A stretch of 64,000 nucleotides of DNA from Mobula hypostoma (lineage: Eukaryota), in contig NC_086097.1 in the NCBI RefSeq assembly GCF_963921235.1, positions 179,678,001-179,742,000 on the forward strand, given 5' to 3'. Below the pieces are notes generated by a model. The model ran no database searches. It was given only the letters and a program-made list of their open reading frames with translations, and was not told the DNA's origin. Below, one piece after another: positions 1-13,949 of the stretch. The position numbers were made by a program, and so were the translations under genes. Positions within the stretch are counted from its first letter, which is position 1. Each line of letters opens with the position of its first letter.

Positions 1-2025
1 AAATAAATGCTTAAAAAATTCAGGATAATCAATATTTGGTGCATAAACATTAACCAAAACTACTCTTTGGTTATAAAGTAAACCAGTAATTAATAGAAAT
101 CTACCATATGGGTCTGAGATTATATCATAATGAATAAATGAGATCAAAGAATCTATAAAAATGGAAACACCTTTCACTTTGGTCGATGAGTTTGAATGAA
201 ACTGTTACACCTTCCAAAACCAAAAAAAGACACTGATTATCCTCCTTCCTCACGAGTCTCCTGCGCAAAAATAATCTGAGCATTCAATCTATGAAAAACT
301 TTTTAAAAAACTTCTTCCGTTTAATTGGATGATTCATACCATTCGTATTCCATGAAACAAAGTAATAATATTATCCATTTTCCTTAAATAAACCATAAGG
401 TAAGTAAAGGGTTAACCAAATTGCGCAGGAACCTCACAAATTAGGAAGAGGAACAAAAAGGAAGTTACGACAATACAGACATTTTTGTAGTTTCATGTCA
501 GCTCAAGTGAAGAAAAATAAAGTAAAAACAACCTCCTCCCCCTCCCACAAAGCCCCAAAACCTGGCCAATAGGCAGCCAGTAAACTACCTAAGAACCACC
601 CAATCCCCATCTCTCTTGACGGCAAATCTCCAATTCTAAAAAATAAAATAAAAACTACCCATAGTTGAAACATTGCAATAGGAATACCAAACACAGTTAG
701 ATGAAAAAACAACCCTTTGCAGACCATTTCAAAAGACCTGGTCTTAAGAAATAAAAGAGTACAATCTTAATAATATTTCAAGAAAAAAATCAAATAATCA
801 CCAAGTTAGAGTCTTAATAATTTTCTAAAACAGACATTTAAAAAAAAGAAAAATAAAATAATCAAGGATAAGAAAAGGGATATTAACATAGAGCAAACAA
901 AAGCAAAAACAAAATACCAGAGGACTCAACCCAAGGCCAAAGCTCTACGAACGTAAAATGTCCGAATCTATAAGCTGGTTATTAACTAATAAACCAGGTG
1001 TATACAAACTTAAAGAATGGTAAATTAATTAAACATCCGAGCTCAAGGAATGTTCTTCGAAAAATTGTTGTGTGTCGTCCACGGATTTAAACTATTTAAA
1101 CAAATTATCGGGTAAAACAACTCTTAAGCGGGTGGGGTATAGCAACGCCGGTTGAAAATTCCTTTGATATAGTTCCGACATCACCGATTTAAAACGCGAT
1201 TTTTCTTGCCATACCTCAGGGTGATAATCTTCAACCAAACGAAACTTAAGATTTTGATGTACAAGAATTCCTCTCCGACGAGCAATTCAAATTAAGTGCT
1301 CCTTAGTACTCACATAGTGAAATCGGAGAATTACAGGACGCGGATGTAACTCTCTCGAAGGTTTCGGTCTTAGCGATCGATGCACGCTATCGAGTACCGA
1401 AGGAGAGGAGAAGACCTCTGAGCCAAAGACTTCCATTAAGAATTGAGAAAAAAATTTAGTAAGGTCCCCGCTCTCAATGTCTTCACTAAGTCTATTATTC
1501 GCAAATTCTGTCTGCGACTACGATTCTCCAAATCAATAATCTTGGCTTTATACTGCTCTGATGTACGAGAAGTCGAATTTAATTTCTCTTCCAAAGCGTT
1601 CATTCTGGAATACCTCTGTTTCCCCTCTTCAATAAGCTCTGAAATTTGCCGTTGCTGTTTTTCGCTCTCTTTTCCAAGTGCTATTAATTTGCTTTGATTC
1701 TCCTTCAACATTACTTCCAATGTAGCGAATCTCTTGTCGAGTTTTTCATCCAATAAATTCGAGATAGCTTGCGAAGTAAGTTGAGGCTGTTTAGGTTGTT
1801 CGAAGTACCTTCCTTCTTCCCATTTCCATTATCAGTTTCTTTGCCTTTGGCTAATGCCTTTCTTAGTCTGGTAGACATTTCCGTCAATTAAAGTTCAAAA
1901 TTCAAACACATAAAGGTGTTAAAAACACTTTGATATATATAATAGAAGGGTGATAAGAAAATTGAAAAATGTCCGGAGCCCAGCCAAAATATGACCTACT
2001 CCATCTAGTGCCGCCAAGAGAGTCC
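1..2025 (-). mobile_element. Decayed L1-clade LINE: 5' UTR, ORF1 (~1878-1020), spacer and start of ORF2 endonuclease (378->1, runs off window)
   Basis: ORF1 has a coiled coil followed by IIDLENRSRRQNLRI, then HRSLRPKP..PRPVILRFH and RLVEDY motifs of L1 ORF1p. ORF2 start translates across frameshifts to WNTNGMNHPIKRKK, SDPYGRF and VNVYAPN (APE domain). Stops and frameshifts present. Confidence 0.85.
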
Positions 2026-2940
2026 GTCAAATTTTACTCCTTTGTTCAAAAACGATAGTAGGGATAATACTGACATTGTAGACCAGTGAGTCTGATTGGT
2101 ATTGGTAAGGATTCTTATAGATAGGATTTATGAATATTTAGAGAAGAATAGTCTGATTAGGGATTGACAGCACAGCTTTGTGAGGAGTAGGTCATGCTCA
2201 CATCACAAGACTGAATTCTTCAAGGAAGTGACTATAAACAAATTGATGAAGGTATAGCATTGGATGTGGTTTGTAAGGATTTTCATAAAGTGTTTATTCA
2301 GAAAGTCAGGAGGCATTGGATCCAGGGTAACTTGGCTGTGCGGATACAAAAGGCAGAGAGTGGTAGTAACTGGAGAATATTCTGCCTAGACATCGTGACC
2401 AGTGGTATTCCACAGAGATCTGTGCTGGGACCCCAGCTCTCTGTGTCTATTTTATAAATAACTTGGATGAGGAAGTGGAAGGTGGGTTAGTGAGTTTGCA
2501 GATGACACAAAGGTCAGGTGATGTGGGTCGTAAGAAATTTGTTGTGGGTTACAATGGAACATTGACAAGATGATGCAGAGCTGGGCTGAGAAGTGGCAAA
2601 TGGATTCAGTCTGGAAAAAGTGTGAAATGATAAACTTTGGAAAGTCAAACTTGAAGGCAGAGCACAATGTTAAAGACAGGAAGTAATGTTGTAGCTCCCA
2701 ATAACTCTAGTTAGACCACACTTGGAGTATTGTGTTCAGTTCTGGTTCCCTTGTTAAAGGAAGGGTGTGAAACCTTTAGAGAAGGTGCAGGGATTTACCA
2801 GGATGCTTCCTGGATTAGAGGGCATATCTTATGACAGTAAATTGAGTGAACTTTGGTTCTTATCTCTTGGAATTTAAGGACGTTGAGAGGTGACTTGATA
2901 GAGGTGCACTAGACAATAGAACAAATAAATAGAGTAGACC
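2026..2940 (+). mobile_element. Old degraded CR1 LINE RT fragment
   Basis: Remnant peptides [46 protein letters not shown]. Confidence 0.8.
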
Positions 2941-3849
2941 ATCAGTGTTTTCTGTAAGTTATCACCCGTTGGTGATTGACAAATTGAACAGCACCCAGAG
3001 AGAATGCACACTAGAATATTTCTAACTCTACTCCAAGTAAATGAAAAGACTTCATAATTCTGAACGAGATCTACTGAAAAACATTGTTCTTGTCTAAAAC
3101 ATTCAGTAAATCATCAAGCTAGTCATTCCAGACCATATGGAATGACAATGCATGAAGAAAAAGGGAACTAAAGCAAATTGCATCATCTTTAACTTACAAA
3201 GAAAACAAATGCTGCTCCAACAGTTATGAGATTGCTCAACACCTAGCATCAAATACTTTATGACAATACCTTCAACCAGCTTTTGGCAAAATTTTACACT
3301 TCAAATATATCTCATTCCTCAAAGCAAAAAGTAACCTGTTCTTCCATCACTACTAACAGAGTGAATTTTCCAACCATTAACCTTCCTCTAATAAACTAGA
3401 TAGCCTATATTTCATCAGCTGGCTTGAGCAAAATGATGTCGAAAAACATTAATAAAACCAGAAGGTGCTGGGCAGTATTTGAATTAAAGCTTCAGTTACA
3501 AAAGCCTTCATCAGAATTTAACTAGGAGAGAAAACAAGCTAATTTGCAGTTGCAAAGAAGGCAGGAGTCGATGGATAGTTCAAATGGTGTGACCAATTGA
3601 GGTAATATGCCCCTTTGAGCGTTTACTGATAGCATGGATTACTAATAGCAGGGGTGTGGGCAATGCCAAGGTGTACTATTAGAGAGAAAACAGAGCTAAA
3701 TATCACAGATGCATGACTGGCCTAAATGGCCAGGTCTGAGAGTCAAAAAGAAAGAACAAGTTACTCAGAGTTGAACAATTTGAGAGAGTCCAGAAGGCTA
3801 TAAGGTTCTCCAAAAATAAGATGAAGGCTTGGTTATAGGAAGGGTGAAG

Positions 3850-4806
3850 TCTTTTTGCGATGTATGTCAATGATTTGAACTACGGTATTAATGGATTTTG
3901 TAGCTAAATTTGTCAATGATACAAAGACAGGTGAAGGAGCAGGTAGTGTTGAGGACACAGAGAGCCTTAGATAGTTTAGCTGAATGGGCAAAGAAGTGGC
4001 AAATGAAATACAATGTTGGAAAATGTGTGGTGATGCACTTTAGCGGAAGAAATAAACAGGCAGACTATTATTTAGATGGCGAGAGAATTCAAAATGCAGA
4101 GATCCAGAAGGACTTGGGAATCTTTGTGCAGGATACCATAATGGTTAACCTCCAGGTTGAATCAGTTGTGAAGAAAGTGAATGCAATGTCTAGAGGTATA
4201 GAATATAAGAGCAGGGATGTGATGTTGAGGTTCTATAAGGCACTCGTGAGGCCACACTTGGAGTACTATGTGCAGTTTTGGCTCCTTATTTTAGAAAGAT
4301 ATACTGACGTTGGAGAGGGTTCAGAGAAGATTCACAAGAATGATTCCAGGAATGAAAGGGTTACCATATAAGGAACATCTGGCAGCTCTTGGGCTGTATT
4401 CCCTGGAGTTCAGGAGAATGGGGGCGGGGGGGGGGGAAATCTCATAGAAACATTCTGAATGTTAAAAGGCCTGAACAGATTAGATATGGCAAAGTTATTT
4501 CCCATGGTAGGGGATTCTAGGATAAGAGGGAACGACTTCAGGATTGAAGGACAGAGATGCAGAGAAATTACTTTAGTCAGAGGGTGGTAAATCTGTGGAA
4601 TTTGTTGCCATGAGCGGCTGTGGAGGCCAAGTCATTGGGTGTATTTAAGGCAGAGATAGAAAGGTTCTTGATTAGCCAGGGCATCAAAGGGTATGGGTGA
4701 AAGCCGGAGAGTGGGGATGATTGGAAGAATTGGATCAGCCCATGATTGAATGGGGGAGCAGACTTGATGGGCCAAATGGCCTACTTCTGCTCCTATATCT
4801 TATGGT
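3850..4806 (+). mobile_element. 5'-truncated CR1 LINE (RT C-terminus + 3' UTR)
   Basis: ORF 3910-4371 [15 protein letters not shown]...LVRPHLEY; 3' UTR ends cctacttctgctcctatatcttatgg. Confidence 0.85.
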
Positions 4807-4807
4807 C

Positions 4808-5210
4808 CTCAAGTTTGCATTGGGTCTTGTTGTAACAGTACAGGACACATACAGATGTCAGAATGGGAATGGGTTGGAGAATTAAAGTGGTACACAAAAC
4901 GCTCAAGATCAATCCTGTACATCGCATGCAGGTGCTCCACAAAGGGATCACAGTCAGTACTTGGTTCAGTCAATGTAGAGATTATTGCAAACACAGAATG
5001 TTAGAAATTCAAGTGAGTTGCTGCTTCACCTGGATATGCTGGGTTTCTGGACAGTGGGAAGGCAAGAGGTAAAACGTTATTGCATTTTTTGGGATTTATG
5101 GGAAAGAGCAGAACAGGAGTCACCAAGCAAGTGATCCCTCTGAAATGCTCAGAAGAGGAAGAAGGGCCTTGTAGTGAAATCATGCAGACAGTCAGCTGAA
5201 TATGGAGGCT
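4808..5210 (-). mobile_element. Degraded Penelope-like GIY-YIG fragment
   Basis: FVEHLH..HFNSPTHSHSD peptide matches the Penelope-like copy at 53184-53477. Confidence 0.6.
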
Positions 5211-6327
5211 AATGGAGTCAAAGGCAAGGATCCCCATTTCCCACTCCTCTGCAGTCAGTCCTTCACCTTCCATCCTACCAATTCCCATATTTGCACATCA
5301 CCTGTATTGACCCCAAGCTTCTAATGCCTCAAGAAGTAGGCATACATAATTAAAAAGCCTCACCAGTCAGCACATACCTCCTCTCATTACTACCATCAGG
5401 GAGGATGTATAGGAGCCTTAAAACCCACACTCAATGTTTTAGGAACAATTTCCATCAGATCAATGAACAATCACTGAACCTATGAACACAACCTCATGAT
5501 TTGGCTCTCTTTTTGTAATACTTATGATCTTTTGTGTATTGCACTGTACTGCCACCACAAACAATACATTTCACAATATACATCAGTGACAATAAACCTA
5601 ATTCTGAGTCTCCATCTCACTCTGATGGCCTGTGGCCTACTCTATTGTTACAATGAGCTTGAGGAACAACTCATTTTCAATCCAGGCACACCGATGTCTT
5701 CAGACAATATTATATTTTCCAACCTGAGGGAAACTTGCTCTTCCTTCCTGTTTTAGAAACAGCCTTCTGTTTCAACCATCCATCCGTGACTTCAGCATAT
5801 TGGTGTCTCTCCATTAATTCAGCCGTTACTGCTTGGTGCATTCCAACATACATAACACAAAGAAGCACAAAGTGCTTCTGCCATACTAACCCATTTCCAG
5901 TACACAAATGTAAAGGAGAATGAAATAATTGTTACTCTCGGCCTGATGTAGAACAAAAAAATGACAGTAATACAATAAATATAAAATAAGCAAGCTTAGA
6001 TACTTGTATGATTTTGTCCCATCTATTTAGAGTTATAGCATGTTATTGTTCTACCCATCCATCACCTTTTCTGCCACTTATACTTCCCTTCTTTTTTTCA
6101 GACCTGTAGTCACCACCTGAAACACCAACTCTCTCTCTGTCTCTACTGATGCTGTCTGACCCACTGAGTTCCTCCAGCAGTTTGTTTTCTCACTACAGAT
6201 TTCAGCAGATGCCGTGATGGATGATGGATGATGGACTGGGCCGTATCCACTACATTTTGTAAGATTTTCCATTATCAGGCTGTGATGCAGCCAATCAATA
6301 TACTTTGCACATCTATAGAAGTTTGTC

Positions 6328-6838
6328 GCAAACAACAGGAATTCTGCAGATGCTGGAAATTCAAGCAACATACATCAAAGTTGCTGGTGAACGCAGCAGG
6401 CCAGGCAGCATCTATAGGAAGAAGCGCAGTCGACGTTTCAGGCCGAGACCCTTCGTCAGGACTAACTGAAGGAAGAGTGAGTAAGGGATTTGAAAGCTGG
6501 AGGGGGAGGGGGAGATGCAAAATGATAGGAGAAGACAGGAGGGGGAGGGATGGAGCCAAGAGCTGGACAGGTGATAGGCAGAAGGGGATACGAGAGGATC
6601 ATGGGACAGGAGGTCCGGGAAGAAAGACGGGGGGGGGGTGACCCAGAGGATGGGCAAGAGGTATATTCAGAGGGACAGAGGGAGAAAAAGGAGAGTGAGA
6701 GAAAGAATGTGTGCATTAAAAAGAGTAACAGATGGGGTACGAGGGGGAGGTGGGGCCTAGCGGAAGTTAGAGAAGTCAATGTTCATGCCATCAGGTTGGA
6801 GGCTACCCATACGGAATATAAGGTGTATATACGGAATA
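6328..6838 (-). mobile_element. Penelope-like element 3' fragment with 14-bp target-site duplication, inserted in a Rex1/Babar-like LINE relic (~6240-7030)
   Basis: Highly similar to 52756-53250; TATAGAAGTTTGTC at 6314-6327 and 6839-6852; the host reading frame (RRFSMASKTLTNFY|RCAK) is split by the insert. Confidence 0.85.
6428..6463 (-). ncRNA. Minimal type I hammerhead ribozyme motif (Penelope-associated), intact core
   Basis: Minus strand reads AGUC-CUGACGA-AGG-GUCUCGG-CCU-GAAA-CGUC-GACU: stem I, CUGANGA, stem II, GAAA, palindromic ACGU stem III and GUC cleavage triplet. Confidence 0.75.
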
Positions 6839-7219
6839 TATAGAAGTTTGTCAACGTTTTAGATGCCATGCTGAATCTTCGCAAACTCCTAAGTAGAGGC
6901 GCCGCCGTGCGTTCTCCGTAATTACACTTACGTACTGGGCCCTGGACAAGTCCTCCGAAATAGTAATAGTAAATAGGAATGTAAAGTTGCTGACCCTCTC
7001 CACCTCTGATCTTCCGATGAGGACTGGTGAACATTTCCATTATTTTAGAATCACAGATCACATAATGTGCCAGATATCCCACAGTTAAATCCTGTTTTAT
7101 TCTCCTCACATTCCTATCCACAATCCCCCTAACACTCAGTACAGTTTAAAAGGGAGCAATCAGCCAAACCGTGTCTTTGGGATGAAGGAAACCAATCTGC
7201 AAACTCCACACAAACAAAC

Positions 7220-7990
<771 letters not shown>

Positions 7991-8209
7991 TCCTTGTCTT
8001 GTCAAGCAATCCACCTCAGTGCAATGTAGGGTGTGGGTCTGAAAGCAAACCACCTTTTGTCTCTACAGATGCTGCTCGTCCTGCTGAATTCCAACAGCCA
8101 TTTGTGTTGTTTTTGCTCCATGAAAGGTTCATTTATTGTCAAAGTATGTATGCAGTGTACATCTCTGAGATGTCTTCTCCAGATGGCCATGAAACAAAGA
8201 AAGCCATTG

Positions 8210-8840
8210 ATTAGATTATTAGATTAGATTATGAGGACATGCAGTCCTCTTTTATTGTCATTTAGTAATGCATGCATTAAGAAATGATACAATGTTCCTC
8301 CAGTATGAAACACCAGACCAAGACTGAAAAACTGACAAAAACCACATAATTATAACATATAGTTACAACAGTGCAAAGCAAGACCATAATTTGATAAAGA
8401 ACATGGGCATGGTAAAAAAAAGTCTCAAAGTCTCTCGAAAGTCCCATCATCTCACGCAGACGGTAGAAGGAAGAAAAACACTCCCTGCCACAAACTTGCC
8501 AATGCAGCACCCTGGAAGCACCCGACTGCAGCCGACTCTTGAGTCCGTCCAAAAACTTCGAGCCTCTGACACCGAGCACCGAGTGCTTTGACCGTGGCCC
8601 CGGCCGCCAAGCAATAGGCAAAGCCGAGGATTTGGGGCCTTCCCCTCTGGAGATTCTCAATCGCACAGTAGCAGCGGCAGCGAAGCGGGCATTTCAGAAG
8701 TTTCTCCAGATGTTCCTCGGTGCTTCTCATGTCTGTCTCCATCAAATCAGGATTGTGCACGGTCCCGACTTAACAAATACAGATATCATTCCGGAGTGGC
8801 CGCGCGCACTGCGTCACACAGTCACCTTCTCCTCTCCTCC
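8210..8840 (-). mobile_element. Young, apparently non-coding retroposon with AATAAA and (AATCT)n 3' tail
   Basis: CpG-rich body; minus-strand end ...GACAATAAAAGAGG...ATAATCTAATCTAATAATCTAA; interrupts an older repeat. Confidence 0.5.
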
Positions 8841-11069
8841 TTCGTTCAAAAGAAAACATCAAAACCACCCACACACACTAAAAGAATGGCAATGTGATCC
8901 AAATTCCAGCATTTACAATCTCTTAAGTCTTCAGTAGTGGATTCAGCCCAGCACATCATGGGCATATCCATTCCCCTTCCTCATCTGTAGTATCTACAGG
9001 GGTTGCTGCCTCAAGAAGGCTATATCCATCATCAAAGTTACCAATCACACAGGCCTTGCCATCATCTTGCAGATCGAGCAGGAAGTATGGACCCACCCAC
9101 CCTGGACATTCTCTTTTCTTTACCCCTCCCTTCAGGCAGAGGATACAAAAGCCTGAAATCACATACCACCAGGCTCAAGGTCAGTTTCTACCATTATTAA
9201 CTATTGTATGCCCCCCCATTAAGATAAAATGGATCTTGACGTCATAATCTACCTCATTTTGCCCTTGCACCTATTGTCTGCCTGCACTGCACTCTCTCTG
9301 TGACATTTTATTCTGCATTCTGTTATCGTTTTTCCTTGTTCTGCCTCAGTGCACAATCTCAGAAGTGAAATGATCTGTACGGATAGCATGCAAAACAACA
9401 TTTTTCACTGCACTTTGATATACGTACTGATAATAAACTAATTTACCTGACATCTCACCACGTTCAACTACAGCTATTCCCTTCAACCATTCAGTTCTTG
9501 AACCATCTGCACAATCCTGAACACTACCGTTCACCAACACTATGATCACTTGGCACTACAATGAGCTTTGTTTATTTTTTGATTCTAAATTTGTTTTTTT
9601 CTTGTACAGTTCTAGTATAGTTTATAAATAAGTTATGTATATGCTTTTCTTCTGAATGTTGTGTCTCTAACACTATGCAAAAATTAAGTTATTCATTTTT
9701 TCCTATGTGTACTTGTTCACATGGCAGTAAATTTGACTTGACTTGACATGACTCATTTCAGTCCAAAATTAGTATGAACAAATCCATCGGTTTTTGATCT
9801 GTCTGCAATGGCTGTCCCAAGCTTCCAGTTACAAATAATTTTAACACCCTATCTATTCCCCAAATGACCTGTCCATCCTTGGCCCCCCTCCACTGCCAGG
9901 ATGGGTACAAACACAACCTGGAAAAACCTAGTTCATATTCCACTGCGTAGTCCATAAGCCAATAGCGTTTACATTGAATTTTCCAATTTCAGATAGTCTG
10001 CATTCCCAGTATTTGTTGATCTCCCAATCTACCTCATTATGGCCCTTGCACTTTATTTATCTGCCTACACTGTACTTTCCCTGTAACTGCAACAGCATAT
10101 TCTGCATAATGTTTTTTTTCTTTAGCTCCCTCCATGTAATTATGCATGGATGCCTGGATTGAAGAGCCTGTATTATGAGGGAAAGTCAAACGAGCTAGGG
10201 CTTTTCTGTTTGGAGATACAATTGATGAGAGGTCACTTGATAGAGTGACAACACTATTCTGATCGTCCTTTTCTACTACTTCAATGTACTTATGTCCGAC
10301 ATGATCTGGATGGCACTCAAAGTTTTTCACTGTATCTCGGTGCATGTGACCTAATAATAAATCAACCAAAACAGCCTCTGTTACAGCAAGTGGTCCTTCC
10401 TGTCGAGGACTCTTGCATGTTTATACTCCCCAAAGAAACATGGAAATCATTAACCTATATTATGAAAAGCGATGGGACAAGAGCCAAGCCCTATGAAGTA
10501 CCACTGATGACAATTTCCAGCCACAAAAGCACCCATTGTTTCTTGCTACTGAACCAAATTTGAATCCATTTGCTTTAAAAAGCTCTTAACTGCTCAAGTT
10601 GCAGAAGGTTAACATGTGAGGCTTTTGCACGAGTCAATAAATGCATCCGTTGTTTTCAAAAAAAAACAGAGGACTTTCTTGAAGTACTTTTGTTCTTGAA
10701 GTGATACTGGAACTCACTTGAAATGGAATTCTCTCTTCTCCCCCCACCCAATGAACAAAAGGCACAAGAGCCAAAAAGCACTTGAGTACTGGTTATAGCC
10801 TGCTGTAATAGGACTATTAAACAATTTCCGAGTATAATAAGATGGACTGTCGGCCTCACAATCAACTTCATTATGGCCTTGCAACATATTGTTGGCCTGT
10901 AAGTAAAACACTTTACTTTGCATTTTTTTATTGTATGGATGGCATGCATGCAAAACCTAGTTTTCACTCTATCTCAGAACATGCAACAATATTAAACCAA
11001 TTCCAATTTCTTAAACATGTGCCCTTCAGTTCTAGATTCCCCTGACATCAGAAAAAGATGTTAATAATA

Positions 11070-11635
11070 TTCCCAGAGGAACTCAGCGGCCAGGCAGCAT
11101 CTATAGAAATGAACAAGCAGTCGATGTTTTAGGTTGAGAGCCTTCATCGAGACTGAAAAGGAAGACAGAAAAAGCCGCAATAAGAAGGTGGGGGAGGGGG
11201 AGGGGAAAGGAGCAGAAGCTAGAAGATAGGTGGGTGGGGGAAGGGAGCTGAAGTAAAAACCTGGGAGGTGATAAGTGGAAGAAGGTGAGGAGAGGAAGGA
11301 ATCTGATATGAGAGGGGAATGGACCATGAGAGAAATGGAAAGAGGAGGGGCACCGAGGCAGGTGGGACTGAGGTGGGGTGATAGGCAGTTGAGGAGAAGA
11401 GAAGAGGTAAAAGGGAGGCCAGAGTGGGGAATTGAAGAAGGAAGAGGGAGGGGGGAAAGTTGCTGGAAGTTGGAGAAGTGGATGTTCATGTCAGCAGATT
11501 GGAGGTTATTCAGACAGAATATTACATATTGCTCTTCCTGCCTGAGAGTGGCAGTAGAGGAGGCCATGGACCAACACATTGGAATGGGAATTAAAATTGT
11601 TAGCCACAGGGAAATGCGGCTTTTTGCAGATGGAA
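11070..11635 (-). mobile_element. Older Penelope-like 3' fragment (continues at ~13487-13700 beyond a CR1 insert)
   Basis: Colinear with 52810-53380; degenerate hammerhead at 11118-11155. Confidence 0.7.
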
Positions 11636-13486
11636 CCGGCACTGTATTCTGTCTGCCACTTCTTTGCCCATTCTCCAAATCTGTCTATGTCCTTCTGTAG
11701 CCTCTCTGCTTCCTCAATACTATCTGCCCCTCCAGCTCCCTTCATATCGTCTGCTAATTGGTGACAAAGCCATTAATTCCATCATCCAAATCATTGAAAT
11801 ATAATGTAAAAAGCGGTACTAATACTGACTCATGTGACACATCACTAGTCACTGGCTGCCTACCAGAAAAGGCTCCCTTTAATCCCACTCTTCGTCTCCT
11901 GTCCATCGGCCAATATTCTATCCATGCTATAATTTCTTCTGTAATACCATGGGTTTTTAACTTAAGCAGCTTCATGTGTGGCACCTTCTCAAAGGCCTTC
12001 TGAAAATCCAAGCACACAACTTCTACTGATTCTGATTTGTCTGTTCTGCTTGTTATTTCTTCAAAGAGTTCTAATAGATTTGTCAGACAAGATTTTCCCT
12101 TAAGGAAACCATGCTGACTACAGCCTATTTTATCATGTGCCTCCAAATACCCCGAAACCACATCCTTAACAATCGACTCCAACATCTTCCCAACTACTGA
12201 GGTCAGATAACTGGCCTGTAATTTCAGTTGTTCTGCCTCTCTCCCTTTTTGAAGAGTGGAGTGACATTTGCAATTTTCCAGTCCTCTAGAATCATTCCAG
12301 AATCCATTGATTCTTGAAAGGTCATTAGTAATGCCTCCAGAATCTCTTCAGCCATCTCTTATTTAGTTCATCCACCATTTCCTTATCCTGCATTATTACT
12401 TCTCCAGCATAATTTTCCAGTAGTCCAATATCTACTGTTTGCTCTCTTTTACACCTTATCTATCTGAAGAAACTTTTTGTATGCTCTTTAACATTATTGG
12501 CTAGCTTACTTTCATATTCCATATTTTCCTTCTTTATTACTTTTTTGGTTGCCTTCTGTTGGTTTCTAAAAGCTTCCCAATCCTCTAACTTCCCACTAAT
12601 TTTTGGTCTATCATCTGCCCTCTGTTTAGCTTTTATGTTGGCTTCGACCTCTCTTGTCAACCACGGTTGCATCATCATGCCTTCAGAATACTTTTTCTTT
12701 GGGATGTATTTGTCCTACACCTTCCAAATTTCTCCCAGAAACTCCAGCCATAGCTACTCTGCCGTCATCCCTGCTAGTGCCCCTTCCAGTCAATTTTGGC
12801 CAGCTCCTCTCTCTTGCCTCTATAATTCCCTTTACTCCACTGTAATACTGATATATCTGACTTCAGCTTCTCCTTCTCAAATTGCTGGGTGAATTGTATC
12901 ATATTATGATCACTGTCCCCTAAGGGTTCATTTACCTTAAGTTCTCTCATTAATTCTGGTTCATTAACAACACCCAATGCAAAATAGCTGATCCCCTAGT
13001 GGGCTCAACCACAAACTGGTCTAAAAAGTGATCTCATAGGCATTGTACAAATTCTCCCTCTTGTGATTCAGCACCAACTTGATTTTCCCAGTCTGCCTAC
13101 ATGTTGAAACCCTCCCCACCCCCATGATTGTAATATTGCCCTTTTAACATGCATTTTCTATCTTCTGTTATAATTTGTAGACCATATCTTTGCTACTGTT
13201 CAGAGGGCTGTATATAACTCCCATCAGGGTCTTTTTACCCTTGCAGTTTCTTAGCTCTACCCTCAATAATACTACATTTTCCAATCCTATGTTACCTCTT
13301 TCTAAAGAGTTGATTTCATATTTTTACCAACAGAGACACCCCACCCCTCCGCCTGTCCTTTCGATACAGTGAGTATCCTTGAACGTTAAGCTCCCAGCTA
13401 TAATATTCTTTCAGCCATGATTCAGTGATGCCTACAACATCATACATGCCAATCTGAAACTGTGTTAACAAGTTCATCTATCTCAT
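11636..13486 (-). mobile_element. Decayed CR1 LINE ORF2 fragment (EN-RT) lacking its 3' end
   Basis: [49 protein letters not shown]; multiple frameshifts and an internal deletion. Confidence 0.85.
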
Positions 13487-13949
13487 TTGGAAGGACTGTT
13501 TGGGGCCCTGAATGGAGTTGAGGGTGGAAGTGAATGGCAGTTCCTATATTTGCAGGGATAAGTGCCAGAAGGTGAATAGTGGGGAGGGACGAATCACAGA
13601 GAGAGCAATCCCTGAGGAAAGTGGAGGATAGGGGAGGTAAAAATGTGCTTAGTTGAAGGCTTCCATTGAAGATGACACAAGTTGCGGAGAATCATGTGCT
13701 GGTGTGTTCAGGATTTCCAGCATTTGCAGAATCTTTTTTGATAAAAATCCCACTGAGATATTTTAAACAAAGATATGTTGTATTCTTCAATATTTTTCTA
13801 AGGTTATAAATTTCAGACCAAGATTTGTTAATGGATTATACAATCACAACTCTAAACATGTAATAGTAGAGCTTCAGAATTATTGAAGGAAATACAGGAC
13901 TAAATGTTATCTAATTCTTTGTTTACATAATATTTGAAAGATTAAATAC

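Noticed and set aside
503..727. 74-aa hydrophobic ORF
   Set aside because: Lies in the T-rich L1 inter-ORF spacer; no homology evident
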